This document shows positions 54,551 to 64,000 of a stretch of DNA of 64,000 nucleotides, piece after piece. The translations under genes were made by a program, and so were the position numbers. This DNA comes from Perna viridis (taxonomy: Eukaryota): the NCBI GenBank assembly GCA_037379345.1, contig CM074515.1, forward strand, positions 6,138,001-6,202,000, in the 5' to 3' direction. Within the stretch, counting starts at the first letter, position 1. The number at the start of each line of letters is the position of its first letter. The notes below the pieces were generated by a model that made no database searches, was not told where the DNA came from, and worked only from the letters and a program-made list of their open reading frames with translations.

Positions 54551-55348
54551 GTAAGTTGTTCAAAATATTTTTATCATCTCTTAAATTGGTGCACAACCGA
54601 ATAAAGATTAAGATATATTCTATGTTTTCATAATCTATATAAGTTGAAAAATAGTATGAACAATTACCATAACGATTATGATTCGTTCAAGAAACAGGAT
54701 ATAAATGATATAACAGAAAACTGTGGCGTACACAGTCATTACTAATTATCTTTTTAAGAGTCATTTAAGACATTTGTTTTTGTCATCGTGTCAAAGCAAA
54801 AAAAAAAAACAATTTTTAGCACAGAAATTCAACTTGTTTGCATGACAGGTATGGAATTAAAAATTATGTTCATGACCTTCATGTTTATCAAAATTCCCTC
54901 TTTAGAACTGTAGAAAATGCATGGGTAAAATGTATTATTTTAAACATATTTCAATTATTCTAATTTTGTTAAAGACGAACCATTTTTGATAAACACTATT
55001 CAAACATGCCAAAATTTTTTTGAAAAAAGTCTTCATCAGAAACTTGGTTCGTAATTTACTGAAATGGTAAATTTGAAATTAATAAGACAGAAAGCACTTG
55101 AAACGTTAAAAATAAAAAAAAAGGTAATGACTGTTAGATCTGTGCATAATTTATTTTGATTTATTAGGATCTTTGAGTCACCCACTTTGCATAACGAAAC
55201 AATCCTTGTTCTCTTCTTCATCGCGACGAGTTAAATATAATATTGAAACAGGATAACCAGTGGGATAAAATTTGCTATGTTTGCTCTTGTCATAGGACGT
55301 GCTTGGTTTCCACATAGACAGTTATAATACAAGTATTTCTGATTTTAG

Positions 55349-55596
55349 GATCAATTTCAAAGCAAAGATGTCGACGATGCAGTAAAAATTTTGGCACGCA
55401 CCATGATCACACCAGAACAGGAAGCTCAAACGCAAGACAATACGCCTTAACTACTTCAGCAGTAGGTCACGATCTGCAGTTAGATCAAAACGAAGAGTTC
55501 GAAATGCAAGACAAAATTTCTGATGAAGAAAAATGCAGTTCTTGTTTAGACCGTTATACTTCAGAAAGTGATAAAAGAATAAACGGATCTGTATAA
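55349..55596 (+). CDS. TRHR: TRHR-like GPCR, probable coding exon 3 (C-terminal tail; total 408 aa)
   Basis: TTTCTGATTTTAG acceptor is phase-compatible; open for 82 codons (RSISKQRCRRC..INGSV*), S/T-rich; AATAAA at 55949. Confidence 0.7.
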
Positions 55597-56519
55597 CATT
55601 AATGGAGCATAAAATATAACCTTGTGATGCTCAGTAACGATAGCTGATTTACCTTTGTAGAATTACTTGTCTGCACAAACTTCTCCCATAACTTTTCCAC
55701 TATGCGGCTTTGAATACAATTACTTTATGTTCTTATAGACGTTAGAATTTTCCATTTTGAGAAGACTACAGTAAAAAGACATTCCTAAACAATGTTCTAG
55801 TTGGCGGTTCAATCATACATTTTTTCTGTAGTTTTAATGTTAACGCAATGGATTGACTATGTTCTGTTTATGAGTTATATAATAATGCGACATTTATGAT
55901 CAAATTATCTATAAAATTTGATTTCATTACATTTTAATTATTAAATGGAATAAAAAAATAGATTTTAATCCAAGCGAAAATACATATCTGAAATTAATAC
56001 AGTAAAGTTGTAATATTGGAACGCACGAAAGGATGATTAAATTGTTCTTATCAAGTCTATTAATCATTTACATTGTATTTTTGTGGTGATTAACGAACAT
56101 ATTTCATGGACTCGATACGGATATTGAAATAGTTTTACCAGTATTCGACAGTGCTGTGTATGTTTTTTGCACTATATCGTGGCCTATTTGCTCCCAAAAA
56201 ACTGTGTATTCACAAGGTTTATTCATTATTACCTTCCATTTAATGGGATTACCTTCGGTTTTTGCAGCGACTGAGATCATGTTGAAAGTTTTAGGAGGTA
56301 TAACTTATATATTGTGGTTGATAATACTTTAATACAAAAAATAAGGTAAATATTCGTTGTATTATAGACAAATATTATAGGCGGGAACAGTAGCAGGCGC
56401 ACTTTAGTCATTATTATTATTGGAATTTTAGTGTCGATAAATGTTAATTTGTATAATTTTACCAGTGCAAATTATTTTGATCTTAAAAGAAAAAAACCAG
56501 AAACCTTTGAAAACAAATT

Positions 56520-56805
56520 AAAATGTAGAGGATGTTCTGATTAAGAAATAGATGTAAACATCCAATCAGCATTCGCTCTCCCGAAGGATAGGTTGTCGTA
56601 AACAAACAAAAAACGAAGAAAGGTATTCCACTTGTATTTATCATGAAATACAACCCTTACCTGCACAAATTCAGAAAACGCCTGATGAAACATTTGCACT
56701 TACTCTCAATATATGAGAAATGCAAAGACCTGTTTCAAAACCAAATATTGCGTATAAAAACATGAACATATTGAAGAAATTATCACATCTTCAAAACTAA
56801 AATAA
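56520..56805 (+). mobile_element. Fragment of a second Penelope-like family (post-RT region)
   Basis: Frameshifted KGIPLVFIMKYNPYLHKFRKRLMKHLHLL..CKDLF/KPNIAYK/EEIITSSKLK* resembles the PLE IPLV..YNP..P..AY..SKL segment. Confidence 0.55.
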
Positions 56806-56927
56806 ATTTCAGTTAGGAACACATGTAACGGTAGACTCCTGACGATACGGGACCGTTTAGGTTACAGACCACCAATTGCTTCATCAATTTGGAACATACG
56901 CAAAAAAAGTCCTACGCCAAGGTACAA

Positions 56928-57146
56928 ATGGTTTGCGGTCAGGTTTTCCGTATTATAACCTGACAACCCCAGCATGTAACACACCAGGGGTACCCCATTC
57001 CACCACCTGGGGCACACATCCCAGTTGCAATGTGGGCAGAGTGCCCTAGCCCCCGGATAGGGTTCTGAGCACTATTAAGTCGCCTTTTACGACAAGCTTA
57101 GCGCTGCTGCAGGCCTATTCCTTTAACACCCGGACCTGCAAGGGGC
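56928..57146 (-). mobile_element. Internal fragment of the SINE at 59899-60477
   Basis: Reverse complement aligns with 59958-60170. Confidence 0.9.
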
Positions 57147-57288
57147 AGGATATCTCTTTGAAATAATTTTATACTTGCATAAAGTTCTTTTTAACCAAGT
57201 ACATGTGTATATTTATAAATGTAAAAACATCTATTATCTCTACTACTTATTTGCTTTTAAATTCATGATATTTTAGGTCAGTATATTA

Positions 57289-57360
57289 AAGAGTAATCAA
57301 GGGAACCAAGGTTATAGCGGTAATCAAAAGAATGTAATCCAGGGACAAAGACCAGACATG
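57289..57360 (-). mobile_element. Naiad-like element, 3' tip
   Basis: AAGAGTAATCAAGGGAACCAAGGTTATAGCGGTAATCAAAAGAATGTAATCCAGGGACAAAGACCAGACATG. Confidence 0.85.
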
Positions 57361-58548
57361 CATTTACATTTTCTTAGTTGATGTATTGTTATGATTATGT
57401 GGTAATCAACAACAACGTTAAATTTAAAACCATTGCAAAATAAAAGGCAATTAAGGGAGTCCTTCATTAATTCTTTCATTTTTCAATGCTGCCAATCGGC
57501 TTTAAAAAGAGCAATATTTTTAAAATTGTTTCGACATATGCCACTTTACAAACTAAAAATACATTTACTTTTCATATTTGTCCCAGGATATGTCAACCTT
57601 TAGAACAAAACATTACAGAAGATAGCAAAATAAAATTCAATAAACTATGGTTTGTGATATTAACAAAACGATAATGAACGAAAAAGCTTAGCAAGCGTGA
57701 TATCATGTTAGCCAATTCACTTACTTTCATCACATCGGTGGTAGAAAGTCATGCTTGTCGTAAAATCAATATATTTTTAACAAAATTATCACATATGATA
57801 TTATTTAGCGATCACCGTTGGTGATGAAATATCAGTATACGTCATTAATCGGAGATTGTCTGCCTCTACAGAAAATGTATACTCAGCCTTCTAAATCACG
57901 AAGAAGAGTGTCATTTTAGAAAAAAAAAATAGGGGACTAATATGTGGTGCATTGTCTTATCGATTTTACAAAATAATGATAAGGACTTTTGAATTAAATA
58001 ATGAAATATTAGACAAATAAAGTTCTACGGATCTTGGCAAGAAATGTTCTAATTTAGGTAGTGACAATTACATAACAAACTCAAGCATAATAAAACTGAT
58101 CTTTTCTTACAAGTAATTAAGATGAGGTAAGAATAACTTTCATTGTTGCTTTACTAATATGATTTTCTTTTGTCGAAATGTCTTGTCTCAATAATAGGAC
58201 AATTCAGATACATTAACAGTCATGTACATGACCTAAACGTGGAAACTATGAAAGGTGACGATCTACATACATAATGTAGCCAGCAGAATAAAATCATAAA
58301 TCACTTTATTATACATTAGAAACGATAACTGGTTGGCCTTGAACTTAATCATCACATATTGATACACATGCGAAAAATTAACTTACCCAATATGGAGATA
58401 TTATTTTTAAAGAAAATCAAATGTCTAATTTTAACGCCCTGACATGATGGTAGCGTGACTGAAACTTATAACATCGTTTTTTTTTAGTCATTAAAGCTTC
58501 TCTGATACAGATTTTTACAGCAATATAGCAACATCAAAATTGGTCAAT

Positions 58549-58711
58549 AAGTGGAGTTCGAGTTGCTCATTTGCCTTTATTTCTTTGTGTGTACTATTTT
58601 AGTTAATTTTTGTTCTTTGTTGTCTGTTGTCTTTTTTCTATTTCTGATCTTTGTTCCTGGATTATATTCTTTTGATTTCTGCTAGAATCTTGGTTCTCTT
58701 GATTATTCTCT
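58549..58711 (+). mobile_element. Naiad-like element, 3' UTR fragment
   Basis: AGTGGAGTTCGAGTTGCTCATTT..CCTGGATTATATTCTTTTGATT..CTTGGTTCTCTTGATTATTCTC. Confidence 0.8.
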
Positions 58712-59744
58712 CAAAAGAGTTACACCACTGTTGGGCCAATTTCGACCGGTTGGCAATCTAGTTAGACGTGAAATTTGACTTACGATGGTATCTGTAAGAT
58801 TAGAATTTTTTGCTGGTCAATAGAGTAGCGTTAAGAATCGTAAATTTTTTGAGGCGATGACATCATTAAAGGCTGGACAGAACAATATCTTATAAGCTAA
58901 TTGCTAGTATCCATGCTTTACAAAGAAAGCCGTTGCCCTGACCATAGCTCGGCAATTATGGAACAACCTTGATGTTGCTATATTGCCGCTAAGATAAAGG
59001 AAGTGTACAATTAGTCATTGCAGTCAAAATCAATACGTTTGTCACAAAGTTTCGATTGCAAACATCCTGTATCATCTATGTGTTTTATTTCAAGTTCAAT
59101 TGAAACCAAAAACTCAAAATTTAACAACATCAGGCTTCAGACTTAGAATAAACTTTGTAAGAATCTGTGTGGTATTCACAAATATTTTTTTTTCTTTCCT
59201 AATACATGTTCTTGATAGTTCCTTGAATTGTATAGAATTTAAGGCATTTTCTAGACATCAAAGACATGGAAAAGATAGTAAATTCTGTTTGAAAAATAAC
59301 AAATTTATTTTTTTTTATCTTTGTAATCTATTACAAAAACTATTACATTGCACAAACAATGAGAAGTTTTTGCTTATTTCTCCCTTTTGATTAGGCCATG
59401 AGAAATATTAGTGAGAAAAGATCATTAATGAAATCCAAAGAATGATTGTTCAACATTCAGGTTTCTTGCATGTTACATCTTGGATTCATATTGGAAAGAC
59501 ATGAATTATGTTTTAAATAAACTGATTTATTATATGGCATGCATTATATGACATACAAGGCATTATATTTACCGGTTTTATTATATCATTTGACTATTTT
59601 GCAAGCGGCCATCAGTAATTTATGACATTGGGTTGTAGTAAATGACTACATAAAGACTAATTAATGTATATCAAGACATAACATTAGCCTGAAATAAAAA
59701 GGCAAAGGTATATAGTATTGGTTTCAGTTTTCAAAACATGTATG

Positions 59745-60885
59745 CAGGTTAGGTTTATTAGACAGGCCAACTTTCCCTTCATTTGTATCAATATGTTTCA
59801 GCACGTTCGTAAAGAGGTTCCATATCAATCCATATCAAAACTCATAGGTTATGTGAAAGATTGGCGAAACTGCACAGACTTTTTGTACTTTGCTATACTT
59901 CTGGTTTTCACCCAGACGGCCCGGGTTCGATTCCCGGCATCGGAGCTTAAATTTTTGCTTCGTGCAGGTCCGGGTGTTAAAAGAATAGGCCTGCAACAGC
60001 GCTAAGCTTGTTGTAAAAAGCGACTAAATAATGCTCAGAACCCTAGCCAGGGACTAGAGCGCTCTGCCCACAAAGCAACTGGAATGTGTGCCCCAGGTGG
60101 TGGAATGGGGTACCCCAGGCGTGTTACAGGTTGTCAGGCTATAATACGGAAAACCTGACTGCAAACCATAGTGGTGCACCGTGTTGGAAAGATGCCACGT
60201 TCCTCGCACGTTAAAGAACCCTGCTGTGGTATTCTCCCGGAGTAGGAACCATAGGGCTCCGCCACAGGAGGCTAAATTGCCCGACCCTACCCATCTCTCC
60301 CTATTTCCAGTGGCAATCAAAATTTGTCGACCCCATTGTCCTTGTGTCCCATCCCTTTTTTATTTCATCATCATTTCATGTTCATTTTATCATCAATTTC
60401 ATGTTCATCGTCTGAATATAGCTGAAATATTGCTGCTCGGACGTTAAACCCCAACAAACAAACAAACAAACAAACAATACAATTTTGCTCCTGGACAGGG
60501 CTATGTTGCTACTGGAGAAATGCTATTTACAAAAGTGTTATGGTCATCATAATGAACTCGCGGGTCTAATAATGTATCCATCTGCACAATGTGAACCGAT
60601 TTGTTCACCGTGTTATAGTTTTCTTTTCCTCTTTCCTCTTAACCGGACCTTAAATTTTAAGAGCAGCTCGGCGGGTGTTCCTTGAAAATCAGAAGACGCC
60701 AACCTTACCCGTGCATAGGTCAATGTTCCCAGTTTTAGTTGGTTGAGTCTGGGTTGTTCATTTTGTTTTTGTTTTTGTTTTTATTCTGATTATTTCATGT
60801 TTTGTTGTGTGTGTCTACTATCTAGTTTTGATCCTTGGTATATATTCTTTGGACTTCCGCTCCAATCTTGCTTAAATTGATTTCT
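59745..60885 (+). mobile_element. Old Naiad-like fragment interrupted by a SINE
   Basis: NFPFIC-like and CRNCTDFLY-like sequence before 59900 resumes at ~60478 (QGYVAT, YGHHNEL), followed by the family 3' UTR. Confidence 0.7.
59899..60477 (+). mobile_element. tRNA-Glu(TTC)-derived SINE (5'-clipped), Meta-domain-like core, (CAAA)n tail
   Basis: CTGGTTTTCACCCAGACGGCCCGGGTTCGATTCCCGGCATCGGA matches the 3' two-thirds of tRNA-Glu with the B box. GCACGTTAAAGAACCC core motif (recalled as MetaSINE-like); LINE-like tail ATATAGCTGAAATATTGCTG..CGTTAAACCCCAA plus (CAAA)n. Confidence 0.85.
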
Positions 60886-61104
60886 TTCAGACAACATTAT
60901 AACATCGTGTAAAGAGAATACCTAAATGGTCATTTGTTAAACAATATTCTTTGTAAGTAAAAGTTCCCTTTCTTCATGGCCTCAGATTTCCGTAATTTTG
61001 CCTCGGCGTTACTTCAAACCAATGCAATTATCCTCAGTCATTAAAAATACATCGGAAATGTAGCAGTAACACGAGAATGGATATGTCGAAGAGACAACAA
61101 TCCT

Positions 61105-64000
61105 CAGGGGCGTGTCCAGGATATTTGAAAGGGGGGCGTAGAATAAAATATTTCGCCGAGCGAAGCGAGGCGAAAAAATTTTTGGACCTTTTTTGGCTTA
61201 AAAACATAAAATAATAGAGAATTGCACTAATGTAACGGTTCCTGACTTGGAGCATGTATATTTTATAGTTAAAGTGTCAGGGTGTGACATTTTTTATGCC
61301 GAGTTTTCTCCATTAATTGTCTATGGTATATTAAAATGATTGGATGGATCTTAACAGCAGTAGACCAATAACGAGAAATTCCAAACTCAAGGGTATAAGG
61401 AGTAACTTAACATTTCAATACCTAGGCCAGGATTTTATGAACGAGAGGCGTGATTAAGGTTGAGGGTCCATGGGGAAAATCAGAAGCTCCTGAATTTCAA
61501 CAATTTAGCATCAAATTATGAAGTAATCCCTCTATTTTTGATTAAGTTCGGGTTTCGTTGAACGACACACATGATACAAGACAAATAAACACTGAAGAAT
61601 AAAGTTCTTTCGTTCTGAGTATTGCTTTAATGTGGAAATATACATATTTCTAGTATACATGTACCTTGACGCAAAACCTAAAATGAACACAGAAAAATAC
61701 TGACGGACTCTCATTTTCAATTACTAGAGTGGATTCATAAGAACCATTTTACGTGGATTTCTCATGGCGTAATCGTCAATAATTTTATCAAAATCAAGTT
61801 TAATGTCTCTGTGAATATACAAAAGAAGCAGAGCATTTAGGCGATCCTCCTTCATGGTGCTTCTCAAATCATTCTTGATCAACTTAAGGGATGAGTTAGC
61901 TCTTTCGGTGGAGCTTGACGTGACGCTCGTCAAAGCAAGTAAGAAGAGAACTTTCATGATGTTTGGAAATAAAGTCGAGCATGCCCTTACATCAGTTAAG
62001 GTTGATGTTATTGACTCTGGTTTGTCCGATTGATTTTCCCAAAACGACTTCCAGAGTCTCATCTCTTGCCTGAATGTTTCAGGCGAAGGCATATCAGTAT
62101 TGTAATAATCATAAACATCCTTCTCCATCTCTTCGGAAATGAGGTGAACTCGGAAAGGCAAAATTGACAAGGCACGAACAACAGAGACAGCCTCTTGACC
62201 AAAACGCATATCAAGTTGCTGAATTAGCTCATCAAGATAAGGTAAGTAGATTGCCCGTTTAAAGTATTCTTTATCTGATGAAGCGGGAACATTGTTACGA
62301 TGTGTCTGTCTAGCACAACGACGGGGCATTTTAAGCTCATCAAGTCCGGCCTTTACTGCCATGTCAGACGCATTACTGTAAACCAAGTCAAACTCTTGTT
62401 CATTTTTACGGGTTTCATCGATGATCTGTTTCACAGCTCCGATCATTTTATAACCTTCAACAATGTCTAAAGATGAGCCTTGAAGCTTAGAACTTACTCC
62501 ACGTACATAACCAAAAAAGTTGTGTACTGTTTGGAAGCAAATAATAAATGTACTATCTGTTATCTTGGACAGAATGCCATGAGCATCCGTAATAGCCTTT
62601 TGGTCCCACGAACGTCCCTCATTGGAGCTTATGCCTTCTAAACATGCTACCAATGCCTCATACATTGTCGCGAATGTGTCGAGTGTGGCGTGTTTCTCTG
62701 TCCACCTAGTTTCACAGAAGATTTTGAATTTTGATTTAGAAATTTTGTTATTTTCTTGTCGATTGTTGTTAATATCTTCTACCGCCGTTTCTAGTCGTCG
62801 GCTTCTTTTAGGGGAATATTTAAAAAATATCCCGAGTTGTTTGAGAGAATCTAGCATGAGATGGATTTCTGTAACCTTACAACTTTTACACAGCACTAAA
62901 CTTAGATTGTGACTAGCGCAATAATGATACATTGCGCGTGGAGAGATTCGTGTTAACCGTGCGGCACATCCAACGTTTTTCCCTGACATATTTCCTGCCC
63001 CATCCATAGTCTGCGATCTACATAACTGGATATCCAAACCATTACTAGCGAGGGACTGAACGACAAGATTACAAAGGGATTCGCCAGTGGTTTCCTCGGC
63101 CAAAATAAATTCTAGCAGGCGTTCTACTGGAACTCCATCGACGACATAACGTAAAACCAGTCCTAATTGTTCCCAATTGCTAGTGTCTGATACCTCGTCG
63201 CATTGGATTCCAAAGTATCCACCAAAAGGCTGGGACTTCACTTCTTCCACAATAGATTTCTGAATGTATGTCTTAATGCAAGTTAACAACTCGTTCTGAG
63301 AAGTGTTTGATGTGTAGGTTGCTACCTTTGAACACGTTTCAAAATGTTGTTTTAGGGTTGTATCGCCCGCATTTATTCTAAATTGAATAAGTTCTTTGAA
63401 ATTACCCTTGTTCTTACTATGGCCTGTATCATAATCCCGATGTCCCCTAAGCGCCATTCCACGCCTTCCACAGAACTCTAAACACTTAAGCATAGATCTG
63501 ATTATATCACGGTTATTAGCGATGATTGCTGCATTATTCGATTGCAGATTGACGTCGATTCTGTGTGACTGATTGACACACGATTTCTTGAACCCATTCA
63601 ATCTAACCATCGAGTCAGCGTGATTACCAGTCTGTGCATGCTTTTTCAAATCGACAGTGGTGTCTTTCCATTTATTGAATGGTTCTGTAACTAACACTCT
63701 TGGTCGGCGAACGGATGTGTCCGGAAAAAACTTACAAGCAAGGCAATATAACCCATCTTTCAACTTTGAATATGCTATGAATGGGAATTGCTCAAACCAA
63801 TCGCGACAACAAGATCTTTTAAAAGTTCCGTTTTTGCATCTTTTATCGTTATATAATTTAAACGGAAATTTAAAGCCTGGTTCCGGACACCGATTAGACA
63901 AAATCCTGAATTTTACATCGTCCGATAGGGTATGTACATCAATGACTCCAATATCATCTGATAATTGCGATCCAAAGGTATCGTCAACTGGAATTCCCGC
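61105..64000 (-). mobile_element. hAT DNA transposon, 3' TIR at 61105; the element continues beyond the window
   Basis: Terminus CAGGGGCGTGTCCAGG, subterminal GAGCGAAGCGAG, intact transposase ORF. Confidence 0.85.
61724..64000 (-). CDS. hAT transposase (ZMYM1/THAP12-like type: TTF Zn finger, DUF4371-like region, hATC dimerisation domain); 5' end outside the window
   Basis: WFEQFPFIAYS..DGLYCLAC, ALRGHRD, GNFKEL, QNELL, catalytic CDEVSD / MDGA / STERANS, YCASH, TRW, LRSTMKEDRLNALLLL. The frame stays open for 33 more codons to 64000, so the listed TTG start at 63901 is not the real start. Confidence 0.93.
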   Translation of the reverse strand, partial: AGIPVDDTFGSQLSDDIGVIDVHTLSDDVKFRILSNRCPEPGFKFPFKLYNDKRCKNGTFKRSCCRDWFEQFPFIAYSKLKDGLYCLACKFFPDTSVRRPRVLVTEPFNKWKDTTVDLKKHAQTGNHADSMVRLNGFKKSCVNQSHRIDVNLQSNNAAIIANNRDIIRSMLKCLEFCGRRGMALRGHRDYDTGHSKNKGNFKELIQFRINAGDTTLKQHFETCSKVATYTSNTSQNELLTCIKTYIQKSIVEEVKSQPFGGYFGIQCDEVSDTSNWEQLGLVLRYVVDGVPVERLLEFILAEETTGESLCNLVVQSLASNGLDIQLCRSQTMDGAGNMSGKNVGCAARLTRISPRAMYHYCASHNLSLVLCKSCKVTEIHLMLDSLKQLGIFFKYSPKRSRRLETAVEDINNNRQENNKISKSKFKIFCETRWTEKHATLDTFATMYEALVACLEGISSNEGRSWDQKAITDAHGILSKITDSTFIICFQTVHNFFGYVRGVSSKLQGSSLDIVEGYKMIGAVKQIIDETRKNEQEFDLVYSNASDMAVKAGLDELKMPRRCARQTHRNNVPASSDKEYFKRAIYLPYLDELIQQLDMRFGQEAVSVVRALSILPFRVHLISEEMEKDVYDYYNTDMPSPETFRQEMRLWKSFWENQSDKPESITSTLTDVRACSTLFPNIMKVLFLLALTSVTSSSTERANSSLKLIKNDLRSTMKEDRLNALLLLYIHRDIKLDFDKIIDDYAMRNPRKMVLMNPL

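Noticed and set aside
56681-56695. Hammerhead ribozyme cores (CTGATGA here and at ~446, 13107, 29990, 41799)
   Set aside because: I could not find a stem II plus GAAA and a matching NUH stem around any of them.
59899-59946. Functional tRNA-Glu gene
   Set aside because: The 5' acceptor strand, D-arm and A box are missing, and it continues into a SINE body.
62622-62912. Antisense ORFs (also 4931-5176, 46351-46791, 54399-54596)
   Set aside because: They are shadows of real coding sequence on the opposite strand.

Overview
AT-rich, intron-containing animal genomic DNA. The repeat repertoire suggests a bivalve mollusc, probably mytilid-like (inference). There are two host genes on the + strand. 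One is an orphan, intrinsically disordered 459-aa coding exon rich in phosphotyrosine-type motifs (4008/4031-5410). The other is a three-exon thyrotropin-releasing-hormone-receptor-like GPCR (27447-55596, 408 aa) with a 26-kb first intron. The rest is mostly mobile DNA: about 11 5'-truncated copies of a Naiad-like Penelope-like retroelement, a decayed DIRS retrotransposon, an apparently intact hAT transposase running off the window end, nested hAT MITEs, a tRNA-Glu-derived SINE, a Helentron-type element and two minisatellites. The most notable observation is an interspersed repeat family carrying what folds by hand as a circularly permuted (P5-type) twister self-cleaving ribozyme (23182-23275, with a decayed copy at 20765-20857). 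Also notable are a structured RNA domain at the 3' end of the Naiad-like element and a DIRS gag segment swapped into a Naiad RT. All assignments come from reading the sequence; no searches or folding programs were run.
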